From assembly GCF_009914755.1 (NCBI RefSeq), contig NC_060939.1: a stretch of 64,000 bases of DNA; one strand, written 5' to 3'. This DNA comes from the human T2T-CHM13v2.0 reference genome, Homo sapiens. A model generated the notes under the pieces. It saw only the letters and a list, made by a program, of their open reading frames with translations. It was not told where the DNA came from and did no database searches. This document shows, one piece after another, positions 53,760 to 64,000 of the stretch (its first letter is position 1; each line of letters begins with the position of its first letter). A program made the position numbers and the translations under genes.

Positions 53760-56700
53760 TTATTTTCTTTTGTTAACATTTTGTTAGAAAAGTCCTGAAC
53801 ATATCCAAATGTATATACAAGGTATAAAAAACAGCCATCATTGCATCTCAATAATCATCACGTCATAGCTAATACATAGCATCTCTAGCCTGCCCATTTT
53901 CTTTCCTTCCCCTGATAGGATTCTTTTGAAGCAAATCCCACACAGCAAGTATTTTAGTCTATAAGTACTTTAGCATTTATATCTAAAAGATAAGACTCTT
54001 AAAAAAAACCATATTGCTATTATCAAATCTAAAAATTTTAACAATAAAAATGTCATATATTCTTATTTCCTGAACTATCTCATAACTCATTTTTACAGTT
54101 GGTTTGTTTGAATCAGGATTCAAATAAAGGTCACACATTTCATATGGGTTGATGAGTCTCTTAAGCATCTTTCCCATCCCCCTTAATTTTCCTGTTGAAG
54201 ATCCAGGTCATTCATCCTGTGGAGTTTGTCAGATTCCGGACCTTGCTGATTGCATCCCTATGGTGTCATTTAACATGATCTTCCATCTGCAGTGTTTCTT
54301 ATAAAATGGTAGATCTGTGACTTTATAATAAACAGGTTGGATTTTTTTTGGCAAAAATACTTCATGGGTGGTGGTGTGTACTTCTATCAGGAGACACATA
54401 ATCTCTGGTTCTCTCCCCTTCTGTGCTATTAAGATGGATCAATGGTTTCAAATATTGTTAGCCTGATCCATCAGTTATTAAAATTCCCCATCAGCTTTTT
54501 GCCTAATGGTTTTAGCAGACATTGATGACCATTAGAGGTTTCAAAATGGTGATCTTCCAACTTTATCATTCCTTCTCCACGTGTTAACTAAAATACTTCT
54601 ACAAAGAGAAACTTCCTCTCACCAAAAACTTTGTTACCCTGAGGCACAGTTCCTTCAGGGAAGGCCAGATAAATGTTTAATTTTTTCCCCTTTGTTTACA
54701 GATTTCAGAATAATAAACTGGCATTCCATTAGCCTTAAAAGTTAAAAATGAGTTTGGCGTTTGTCTCATGTTTTTTTGCTTATCATTATGAACTCACGGA
54801 TTAGACATATTTATGTGTTTTTTATGCTTCAATGCATTGTAACTGCTGTTCTTGATGCTCATATTGTACTACCTTTGGCCAGTAGGAGCCTTCTGCGGTC
54901 CTACAAAGAATCCCTTTGACCCAATAGCAGCCGTCCATGACTGTGTACATGTTCTCAGATTTGACAAGATGATCCAGGTTTATCTTGTGTATTTCCTGCT
55001 CCACACCTGGATCCAGACATTTCTTCAAAGAGCCTGATTTCTTTTGGTGAAAAATGGAATTTAGAGACCAAAATCGAGGCATTTGTGGTGTTTATCACTC
55101 GTCGGCTGATCATTGTTTCTAGGCCTTTGTGAACAAATGGAACAAGGAAATACATTTTTCTTAAAGGAAACACATTATGAGTTTATTCTGATATCTTCAG
55201 ATTCAAATTTAGTATTACAAAGATTTTACATTGGACCTCTTTTATTTAAAATCTTGATTCCTAACATTTGTACGGTTATTTACTTCATGTTAGCATATAC
55301 ATAAGCTTGAGAACATCAATTCCCAAATGATTTCTAGCAACATGATTAGTAACAATTAAGATTTCTTTGCAGTTACTTTTTTTGTCATTGGGGTATACCG
55401 CACTAGAAATGTTCCATAGAATTACTGTGTTTTAAAATATACCCCTCTGTATGGCTAGGACATTAAGTCAATACAGAGACTTATTTCATTAAATCTGACT
55501 TTTTATTTTCACAAATTACTTTATAAATGTTCCTCATATTTCACTTTATGTAGAACATTTATATTGCACAAAAACAAAAGTTTCTCTTTAAAAATGTATT
55601 CTTCAATTGTTTTTTCTTCACAAAATGATATATTCTGGAGATTGTCTTTAGCAATGCATAGAGAGAGTCCTCATTTCTCTTAACATCTGAATAATTCTCC
55701 ATTGAGTAGAAGTACTATAGTTTGAACACTAACTTTATATGATTGTATTTGTGGACATTTTAATTGTTTCCTGTCTTTTAATATAACCATGCATGTTTAA
55801 AAAACATTTTGGGAATATGTATTTGTAATAGATTTCTAAAGGGAGATTTCTGGATCAAATGCTTGTGTAATTTTGCTAAATATTTCAAAATTTCTTTTCA
55901 TAGTGTTGAATAATTTTTTCTTACTCCCACCAGCACTAAGTTTCTCATCAAACTTTTGGATTTTTGTCCCTTAAATGTAAGAATAATACTCATTATAGTT
56001 TTCATTTAAATTTCTCTTATTGTGAAGGTGGTTAATCAATGTGCATGTGGATGAGGGCTATTTGCATTTTTTTCTGATATATCTGCTCATAGCTCTGGCT
56101 TATTTTTCTATGAGATTCTTAGTCTTTTTCTTCTCTCTTTTAAGAAACTCTTTCACAATCTATTTTTCCTTTTTCATTTATTTATGGTGTTTTTGTTTGT
56201 TTTTTTTTTCATGCAAAAGTTTTCCTCTGTTTATATGCTGTCAAATTTGTCAGTCTTTTCCTTAATTGCTTCTGGATTTTCAGTCATAGTTTAGGAACAT
56301 TTTTCCCCCACCCTGAATTATCAGTAATTTATTCATTTTTTATTTTATATGATTTCTTATTATTCCATAATATTAAATATTTAATCTCTGAACTAATAAG
56401 AAGTTATCTTTGTATACAGGGTGAGAGACAAATCAGTTTTCTCTTTTTTTTCTGTAGCTATGCAGGTATTATTCCAGTGCCACTTATTTTAAAAGTCTAT
56501 TTTTTCTCCACTGATTTGAGATGCTTCCTTTGGTGTATATTAAATTTCCATGAGCGGTTGAGCCTATTTCTGGATTTTTCTATTCTGTCCCATCAGTCTG
56601 TGCACCAGTTCTATACTGTTCTTTTAAATGATAAAAATTTTGTAATATGTTTTAATATTTGGTAACGCTAGTTTCTCCACATTGTTTTTTCAGATTTTCC

Positions 56701-57570
56701 TGGCTATTTCTGCTTGTTTGTGCTTCAATTAAACCTTTGAATCAGCTTGCCTAGCTCCAGAAAAAAAGCCATAATATTTATTGAGAACATGCCAAATTTA
56801 TAAATTATTTTAAAATAAATTGATATCTTTTTGATGTTCAGTCTTCCTATCTACGAACATGGTATATCTCTCAATTTCCTTAATTACACTTTTGCATCTT
56901 TCACAAAAGTTTCATATTTTCCTTGAATAGGTTGCACATTTCTCATTAAGTTTACACTAAGGTCTTTTTTCTCCCTATCAGAAATGAGATCTTCCCTTTT
57001 ATTATTCCTCCTAGATGGCCTTTGTTTATAGATATGGAGGCTTTGGCTCCTGTTTATTCATTTCATAGCCTGCTATTTTACTGAATTGTCTTATGGTTTG
57101 CCTTAGCTTTTCCAGTGATTATTTGGGGACTCTCCTAATATATCATCATATCATCTACACAGATTTTTTTTTATTGTTATTGTTTCCTTTCAGATTGATC
57201 TGCTTGTAGTTATTTCCTCTTTTTCTTTCTTTGGCTAATCCCTCCAATACAACTTTATACAGTAATGATGATAGTGAACATCTTTGCCTTGGTCCTGATT
57301 TCCTGATTCTATTTGCTTAGATTTTCTTTAACATTTTCCTATCAATGTTAGTGAGTGAGATTGGTCTGTAGTTTTACTTTTAGTTAAACTCTTTGTCAAG
57401 TTTTCAAACCAGTAATACTCTTGGCTTTGTAAATAATTGGAAGTTTCCCTCTTTTCCTGTGGAGTGGAGTAATTTGAGAAGCACTGAGAAATGATTTGGA
57501 CTTGATGCCCTTTGGGGGCGTCTAGGAGGAGCTCTAACTATTTTCTCTATCACTTCTATGATCATTGGTC
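53760..57570 (-). mobile_element. Very old L1 (L1MC/L1ME-type) fragments
   Basis: TTTTGAAGCAAATCCCA, GAATCAGGATTCAAATAAAGGTCACACATT, ATTTCTTCAAAGAGCCTGATTTC; antisense ORF2-like tracts at 56400-57500. Confidence 0.8.
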
Positions 57571-57917
57571 TGTTCAGACTTTTGGAAGAAAAGACTTTAG
57601 AGGAACTACTTCTGAAGAGTTGTTACTTGTGGGAATTGAAGAAAGAAATGCAAATATTCTTTGTAGCTCAGGAACCATGGAAACTGGTTTTATTGGAATA
57701 TGACTTTGCTTTTATGCCTCAAACACTTAGAAAGAAGGAATAGTTTTTCCTCACAACTTGGTGTTAGTACTTCTTGGAATTAAAATGTCATGGAGAATAT
57801 GTTATGAAACAGATAGTGCTCTGTAAGTCCCATCTTTTCTTGGGAACAAATATTAATATGAATTCCTATGTATGTATTACAGGAAAGCTGGGGCTCCAAA
57901 GAGCACCAAGTACATAC

Positions 57918-58229
57918 TTTTCTTTCTTTCTTTTTTTTTTTTGAGACAGAGTCTCGCTCTGTTGCCCAGACTGGAATGCAGTGGCTCAGTCTTGGCTCAC
58001 TGCAACCGCTGCCTCCCAGGTTCAAGTGATTTTCCTGCCTCAGCCTCCTGAGTAGCTGGGATTACAGGTGCCTGCCACCACACCCAGCTAATTTCGTTTT
58101 TGTATTTTTAGTAGAGACGGGGTTTTACCGTGTTGGCCAGGCTGGTCTCGAACTCCTGACCTCAGGTGACCTGCCCGCTTCAGCCTCCCAAAGTGCTAGG
58201 ATTACAGGAGTGAGCCACAGCCCCTGGCC
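57918..58229 (-). mobile_element. Alu (AluSx-like)
   Basis: Full reverse Alu. Confidence 0.97.
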
Positions 58230-58249
58230 ACAGTAAATGTTTAATGAAT

Positions 58250-58554
58250 GTTCTTTTTTTGACCGGGAATCTGACTCTGTCACCCAGGGTGGAGTGCAGC
58301 GGTGCCATCTCAGCTCATTGCAACGTTTCCGCCTACCCCGGGTTCAAGTGATTCTCCTGCCTCAGCCTCCAGAGTAGCTGGGATTAGAGACACCTGCCAC
58401 CACGCCTGGCTAATTTTTTTTTTTTTTCTATTTTTAGTAGAGATGGGGTTTCTCCATGTTGGCCAAGCTGGTCTCGAACTCTTGACCTCAGGTGACCCGC
58501 CCACCAAGGCCTCCCAAATGCTGGGATTATGGCCATGAGCTGCCACACCCGGCC
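58250..58554 (-). mobile_element. Alu (AluS-type), tandem to the previous one
   Basis: Full reverse Alu. Confidence 0.96.
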
Positions 58555-60201
58555 TGTATGCTTCAACTTCATGTCATTTCAGGAGTTAAGTAAATAGATC
58601 AATGTTTAATTTTGTTTAAAATCTCTAGTAGAGTTAATAATGCATTAAAATTATGATGATTATTTTTGAACTCTCTTGTTGACATTTGCCAAATTAGGAT
58701 AGTTTAATTATTTGGGGTTTGCAATTTTGCGCTGAAAGGCACATCATGGGGTTTAAGTGCCGTTTCTGTTTTACTCTTAAGAGATCACAATCCTCCACTC
58801 TTACTCCTCACTTGCTTTTTCTCTAGATAATAATTTCCACTAGAACTTTGGGGAGCTCAGCAGATGCAATTGGATTTTTTTGTCCAAACTAATGACTTGT
58901 TTCTGGAAAGAAAACTGTTACCATCAACGGGATTCTTTTTTTTTTTTAAAACATTATACAGTGTTTGGTTCAGGCCAGCGGTGTGGGATGGGATTTAGTC
59001 TCCGGATTTGCCAAGATGTTTATGCAGCAGGAATGTTACTTATGTAAGCCTGGAAGCGCTCCTGATGTGCTATAGCCTCCTCTTCCATCACAGCTTTTTT
59101 TCATTAAGAAGTTGATCTTCCTTTCATGATACCACATTAAGTGGCTGAAAGGAAAAGAAAAAAATTGTTTACTGTACTAAATAACCTAACTCTCCGCAAA
59201 GCATCCATTTGGTTAAAGGAACTGCAAGGAGCTCTGGAAAACGGGGCTGAGAATTGTTTTGATGCTCTCAGCTTGGCCCCTCACTCACTTCCTGTTGCTC
59301 TCTAGTTGCAATCAAACTCATATGTGGGAAAATAGAAAATGCTTTTAAAAGAAAAGAAAGATGAATTCACAAACAAGCAAAACACCCTCTTTTACATTTT
59401 TTCTGGGGACTGAAATTTCCATGTAATGGAAAAGTGTCAAATGAGAGAAATCATCAATGCTAAACATGAATGAAACACAAATAAAAGCTATATGTGAGAA
59501 GCTAAGGAAGAAAAGGGTTAAACTCACCCTGCCACAGATGAGTAAATATCTACATGTTTATATAACCAACCAACAAACTCACTGAGAGCAAACAGGACAT
59601 TGTGAGGTGAAAACAGAGCTGTGAAAGTCGGACACTCCCAGCCCTCCCGGCTTATCTCATCCTCTGCTTTTCTGTGGATGCTGCCCTATGAGTCAGACGA
59701 GATGAGAAACTTTAATCATTCTAAGCAGATGTGTATCAGCACTCTCTGATAAAAGCATGCCAGCACACTGCACCAGTCTGTATCGGCACCCATCCTCCAA
59801 CAAAGCAATGGTCCCTCAACCAAGACGGTAACAGCTCAGGTTAGACTAGCCCAGCGACCCCTCCCTGGGCTGTTCTGTGACATCAGCAGTGCAGAGACGG
59901 AGATTCTTCGCAGAGGGTCCTAGGCTGGGCTTGAAGCATCAGTAGGTGTTTACCTTCTGCCCGTAGCTGTATGAACTTTCTGAATGTTGGAGGTGTGCTG
60001 CTACGTTGACGTGGTTTTCACGTGTGGGCAGTGAGTGAGGCTAGGGCCACAGTCCTGAGAAGTGGCCTCTTGCTTGAAAAAAACTGTCATTTTCATTGGA
60101 CAAGAGGTGCAGCCTCAGCCCAGAAACATCATGGGGGTGGGAGTCCCTATTATTTCTTCCTTAATTATCTCTCCAACTAATATTGAGCAGCTAGATACTG
60201 G

Positions 60202-60255
60202 CAGGGCTGCCACATACGGCTGTGCAAGCTGCATACTGGACAAGGGTGCTGTATC
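60202..60255. mobile_element. MER91-like hAT fragment
   Basis: CAGGGCTGCCACATACGGCTGTGCAAGCTGCATACTGGACAAGGG. Confidence 0.6.
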
Positions 60256-60604
60256 CGAGACATTATTCCCACGGTAGCTGTCATAGATTTGCATGTTTAT
60301 TGTGTTGATTTTCTGGAGGACACCAGGAAAGTACCTTGAATCAGGAAGTCCTGTTCCCAAGTTTCATAAAAGAGCTATATGTGCTTGAGGGACTGTGTGC
60401 ACAGGGCTGGGTGTGCAGATCCAAAGATGCAGGGGAGCACAGGAGCCTTCCAGGGTTCTGGATTTTGTTGTATGTGCACCAAGGCCAAGGGGGCTAGGTG
60501 GCGAGGACCCTGCAGGATCTCCTGGGATCAAGGAAAGAGGAGGACCCTGGCCTCCCAGGACCAGGCCCCTAAAACAAGTCATATATATTGGACAGTCTGT
60601 TGAG

Positions 60605-60960
60605 TGGCACTACCCTATAGAAACACAACGTGAGCTGTAAATACCAGCCACGTGTCATTTCAAAGCTTCTGGTAGCCATATTTTTAAAGTGAAAAGAAAC
60701 AGATTCTAATGTATATATTATCTATTATGTTAGATATATTAGATATACATATATCTAATATATATTATGTTATCTATATATCTGATATATATCTAATATC
60801 TAAGATATTATTATATATAAAAATACATATATAAATTTTGGTACAAAGTCTTTGAAATCCAGTGTGGATTTTACACTCTCAGGACATGCCAATCTGGACT
60901 AGCCACACTTAAAGGGCCCGGTTGCCTGCTGTATCTGGTGGCCCCCAGCTGCTTGTACAT
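60605..60960. mobile_element. MER33-like hAT element with an internal TA-rich expansion
   Basis: TAGCCATATTTTTAAAGTGAAAAGAAACAG; AAGTCTTTGAAATCCAGTGTG...TGGACTAGCCACA. Confidence 0.8.
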
Positions 60961-61389
60961 CTCTGGAGTCTTGCTAGCTACCATTTGAATCCTCTCTCCA
61001 GCTGAGGGTGCAGCCTCCCTTCTTGGAGCAGTCTAAGCCTTGGGTCTCTAAAGGGCCAAAAGTGTGGATGAGTGTTGGGGGTCCTTGGGCAGCCGCACCC
61101 AATGGTGTTGTGGGGCTCAAGCAGGTGGGTGCTCCTGCCCAGCCCTGTGCCACACCCTGAATCACTTCCCTGGTCAGCCCCGGGGCCTGGGTGTACTTGG
61201 TTGAGTAAGTCAGCACTTTTGGGAGATGCAAGGCAAATAGAAACCCGGGACCCGGTGCTGTTCTCATCTGAGGAAGAAACCACCACAAACCACTCTTTAA
61301 GGAGCCACATGAGTGAGCAAGTTCAGAGACACAAGCAGCCACAGAACTGCGTGGCCTCCCTCCAAAACGCTAATGACGATGGTGGTCAC

Positions 61390-61590
61390 AGTGCCATGAC
61401 CACAGTTCCAGGCGTGGTGCTCGGCACTGTATCTGATTTCCACAATGCACACCAGCTCCTTGGGAGGTAGATCTTAGCACCCTGCCTTGTGAGGAGGAAG
61501 CAGAGACTCAGAAAGACAAGTGTATTGCTCAGGGTCTCATGATCCAGGCAGGGAGGCTGGCAAAGCCTCCACAGCGTCTGCTGCCTCTTC
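61390..61590 (-). mobile_element. MIR
   Basis: CCTTGGGAGGTAG...GAGGAAGCAGAGACTCAGAAAG...TTGCTCAGGGTC. Confidence 0.7.
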
Positions 61591-62459
61591 CGGGTCACCA
61601 GCAGCTGGACATGAATAGAGGTGTTATTTACACGGTCCAAAACGTTGGCCAAATCCACTGGGCAGGGTTGCCTTGGTGACCTGTTGTCCCATAGAGTCTG
61701 GCATCATTGCCAGAGCCTGCAAAAACAAAGTTAGACTGAGGTTTAGATGGCTTCGTGTGGAAGCTTCCCTGCTCATCCCTACATGTGGCACAGTATCCTG
61801 AAAGAGAAGAGCCATTGGAGTCTGTTTCAATTCTTCTCTGGGTTCATTTGGGACACTTGGGAGCAGGTGGAAGGTGCCTTGTCCCTGGCCAGGTGTAAGT
61901 CAGATCTCAGCTGTCACCTGTGAGGGCAGCCAGGACGTGGGACGGGCTTGGAGAGGAAGAGAAAGGAATGTGGGGTGATGAGACAAAGGAAGAAGAGGAG
62001 AGAGAGAGAGAGAGTGTGTGTTTCATGTGTGTTTCAGAAACAGATTGACAGTGTCAGGAGCTGAAAGAAGATGAGGACCAGTCAGCGCAGGGAGGCGAAT
62101 TTTGAGAAATACCCAGCGGAGTGCTCTGAGTTGAGGCTTAGAGAAGAGACAAAAGTTTGCAAAGCAGAGAAAGTCAGGGATTCGAACTGTGGGTGGGTGG
62201 CCCTGGGGTAGAGCCAGGGCGCCTGGGTGCAGAAATGTACTCCATGCAAGAACTTTCTGGCGGGCACAGTCGGAGGAGGGGCTGCCTCAGCAGGATGTGT
62301 TCCCCACCCCCGGAGGTGGATAAGTTTGCGCATAGTCACAACTTGGCGTGGATTACATGGACCTGGAGCTCAACGAGGTGTCCTTAGTGGGATGGAGTAC
62401 TGCCTTCAGCAAGACGGCAAGAACAAAGACAAAGAGGATGCTACAGTGAACCTGGAAAG

Positions 62460-62900
62460 CTCTAGGTGAATCTTTTTATGAGTTTAAAAAATAAGAGTCT
62501 GTGTGATGAAAATTACAAGCCACTGATGAAAGAAATCAAGGAAGACCTAACGCATGGAGACACGTCAGGGTTCATGGATTCGAAGGCTCAGCACGACAGA
62601 TGTCTCTTCTACCCAAACTGACGGCAGTTTTAACACCATTCCTATCAAAATCTCAGCAAGGTTTTTACAGATACAGACAAGCTTATTCTATAATATATAT
62701 GAAAAAGGAAAGGCCCGAGATAACAATCTCTGACAGAGGAGAATGAAGTAGGAGAAACCACATACCCGGTACTGAGACTTACTACAGAGCTATAGAAACC
62801 AAGCGTGGTGCTGGCAGAGGGCAGACACACACATCAGCAGCACCGAATGGAGGCCCAGCGCTTGACACTTCCTGACCTGTGAGTGTTGACCCATCAGATG
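62460..62900 (+). mobile_element. Old L1M ORF2 fragment
   Basis: Encodes ENYKPLMKEIKEDL (L1 consensus-like ENYKTLMKEIKEDL), followed by CCATTCCTATCAAAATC and TACTACAGAGCTATAG. Confidence 0.85.
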
Positions 62901-64000
62901 AGTTCCGGAGTCTCTTCCCCCCCTCTCCTTGCCCTTTATCCCTGGGGAAGTCCAGTGCTGACAGGGAGCTTCCATGCCACCCTGGCATGGGACAGGGGCC
63001 ATCTAGGTGGCAGGCCAGCCTTCAAACCTCTGCACATCCTCACTGAATGGGGCCCCCACTCCATGTCCTCTACTGCCAACTCTTAGCCATCTCCACCTCG
63101 CTCCTAGGAGCCCCAGAAAGCTGTGAGTGCCCCCCAGGCCATTTCAGCTCTGCAGAGGACAAGTGCCACCCCACCTCTGTCCCAGTCTCCTCCAGACCGT
63201 GTCTCTCCAGATGGCCACCAGCCAGGCCACAGAGTCTCAGAGGAAAAAGGGGGTCCAAGTTCCTCTGCCTTGGCATCCCTCAACCTACCATGAGGTATCT
63301 CTGACCCCTGGAAAGTGGGGTGAGTCATCCCACAGTGCAGGGCCTGATCCTGGGGCCTCTCAGTCAGCAGGAACCCCCCTGTCATCCTATCCCACACTCT
63401 TCCCTCCTCTTCTGCAGGAAGTGCCAGATGCCTTTGTCCTCTCAAAGCTATCATCCTTGTGCGTGCTTCTGAGAGCAGGGTTGGACTCCATGGGTCGAGG
63501 CTTCCCCTGCAGGCCTCACTGGGCTCTTCCGGGTCTCCCTTCCCTGAGATAGTCAGCCCCAGCCTTGAGTCTGGCTGGAAGGGAGGAAGAGCTACAGGCA
63601 AAGAGGAATGACTGACAAGGGAGCCTGTGGGGTGGGGGAACGGCTCCTCCAGCTTTAGTCAGCAGCAGCTCCCTCGTGCCTTCCTCCCAAGGGACCTGAG
63701 GAGCAGATGACCATCCCGGCTTCCCCGGCAACGGGACAGATGTGAAAAGGCCACCTCTCATATGCCTTCAAGAGGTTGCATCCAGGCAGGCAGTGGGTGC
63801 TAGAGGGGTGAACAGGCCTCCCGGCAGGGGAAGAAGTCTGGCTGAAGTCCCCTGGGCAGGAAGAGGAGCTGACAGTAGGCCAGTGGGGCCCAGGCAGCAC
63901 AAAGTGTGAGGAGAAGCCAGGGGCAGGCAATAGAGCCTTTGTCTTCATTTTGTGGTGTTTTTCATCTCACTCACTGAACTTGAAGTGAGAAGTGGCCGGT

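Noticed and set aside
62392-62469. Exon-like MEYCLQQDGKNKDKEDATVNLESSR ending at TAG|GTGAAT
   Set aside because: The donor-like site overlaps the start of an L1 fragment; no promoter, acceptor or homology supports it.

Overview
Primate (most likely human) genomic DNA with no protein-coding gene, RNA gene or CpG-island promoter that I can support; it reads as intronic or intergenic sequence and I could not identify the locus. There are three compositional blocks. (1) About 1-38.8 kb is GC-rich with Alu, MIR, L2, MaLR/ERV LTRs and hAT MER elements, and holds three large tandem arrays within about 15 kb: a 26-bp VNTR (~18 copies), a ~1.6-kb GGT/GGA array with an 18-bp unit and a 690-bp higher-order duplication, and a 43-bp VNTR (38 copies). 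(2) About 39.5-57.6 kb is an AT-rich island of nested, mostly minus-strand L1s with LTRs and Alus. (3) About 58.5-64 kb has a unique motif-dense AT-rich segment followed by GC-rich sequence. The longest ORFs trace to tandem repeats, Alu, L2 or decayed L1 ORF2, and none of the rest resembles a protein I recognise. The most notable signal is that the 18-bp unit of the middle array is a perfect PRDM9 13-mer (CCNCCNTNNCCNC) repeated ~35-37 times, while both flanking VNTRs carry partial matches. This suggests, but does not show, a recombination-driven minisatellite cluster. I do not see a novel biological system beyond this. Repeat family names come from recalled consensus sequences, and boundaries of old elements are approximate.
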